Shown piece by piece: positions 63,790 through 64,000 of a stretch of 64,000 nt of DNA. Within the stretch, counting starts at the first letter, position 1. Each line of letters starts with the position of its first letter. The notes below the pieces were generated by a model, which worked only from the letters and a program-made list of their open reading frames with translations, made no database searches and was not told the origin of the DNA. Location: contig NC_083409.1 in NCBI RefSeq assembly GCF_020745735.1, positions 6,995,534-7,059,533 of the forward strand, written 5' to 3'. This DNA is from Hemiscyllium ocellatum (Eukaryota). The translations under genes were made by a program, and so were the position numbers.

Positions 63790-64000
63790 CCACCTGAAAG
63801 ATGGTCCCTCCAAAAGTGCTGCATTCCCTCAGCACTGGCCCTCTGACATGGTGCGCTCCCTCAGTACTGACCCTCTGATAGTGCAGCACTCCATCAGTAC
63901 TGACACACTGATAGTACAGCACTCCATCAGTACTGATCTACTGATAGTGCAGAATTCCCTCAATACTGACTTTCTGATAGTGCAGCATTCCCTCAGTACT
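63790..64000. repeat. 33-bp CAGTACTG minisatellite (continues past the window end)
   Basis: Same unit as 53440-53800. Confidence 0.88.

Overview
Repeat-rich vertebrate genomic DNA from a cartilaginous fish immunoglobulin light-chain region. The V and C sequences are of the shark kappa / type III (nurse-shark NS4) class, and the repeats look like HE1-type SINE, CR1 and Penelope families; an orectolobiform-type shark is an inference. The one complete gene is a kappa minigene on the + strand: leader 25897-25945, an already-joined in-frame V-J exon 26132-26461 with no RSS, an 11.6-kb intron, and C 38027-38355 (708 nt, 235 aa). A second full-length C exon lies on the - strand (60933-61261; its VJ would be beyond the window), and a third C is an internally deleted relic (52871-52959, -). 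The two main clusters are tail-to-tail arms of an old inverted duplication. Each arm keeps conserved non-coding blocks, a CTCF-like site facing its own cluster, and an antisense exon-like relic about 2 kb inside the J-C intron. Two further antisense exon-like segments flank the VJ. Upstream is a tandem segmental duplication (about 2.3-13.9 kb vs 14.5-23.3 kb) made of decayed CR1, L2, Gmr1-like Gypsy and SINE pieces plus a non-repeat island with an Ets-IRF composite motif. Other content: Penelope elements and fragments with hammerhead-ribozyme cores, a degenerate retroviral-type RT, mini- and microsatellites, and two N gaps. All alignments were made by eye and repeat boundaries are approximate.
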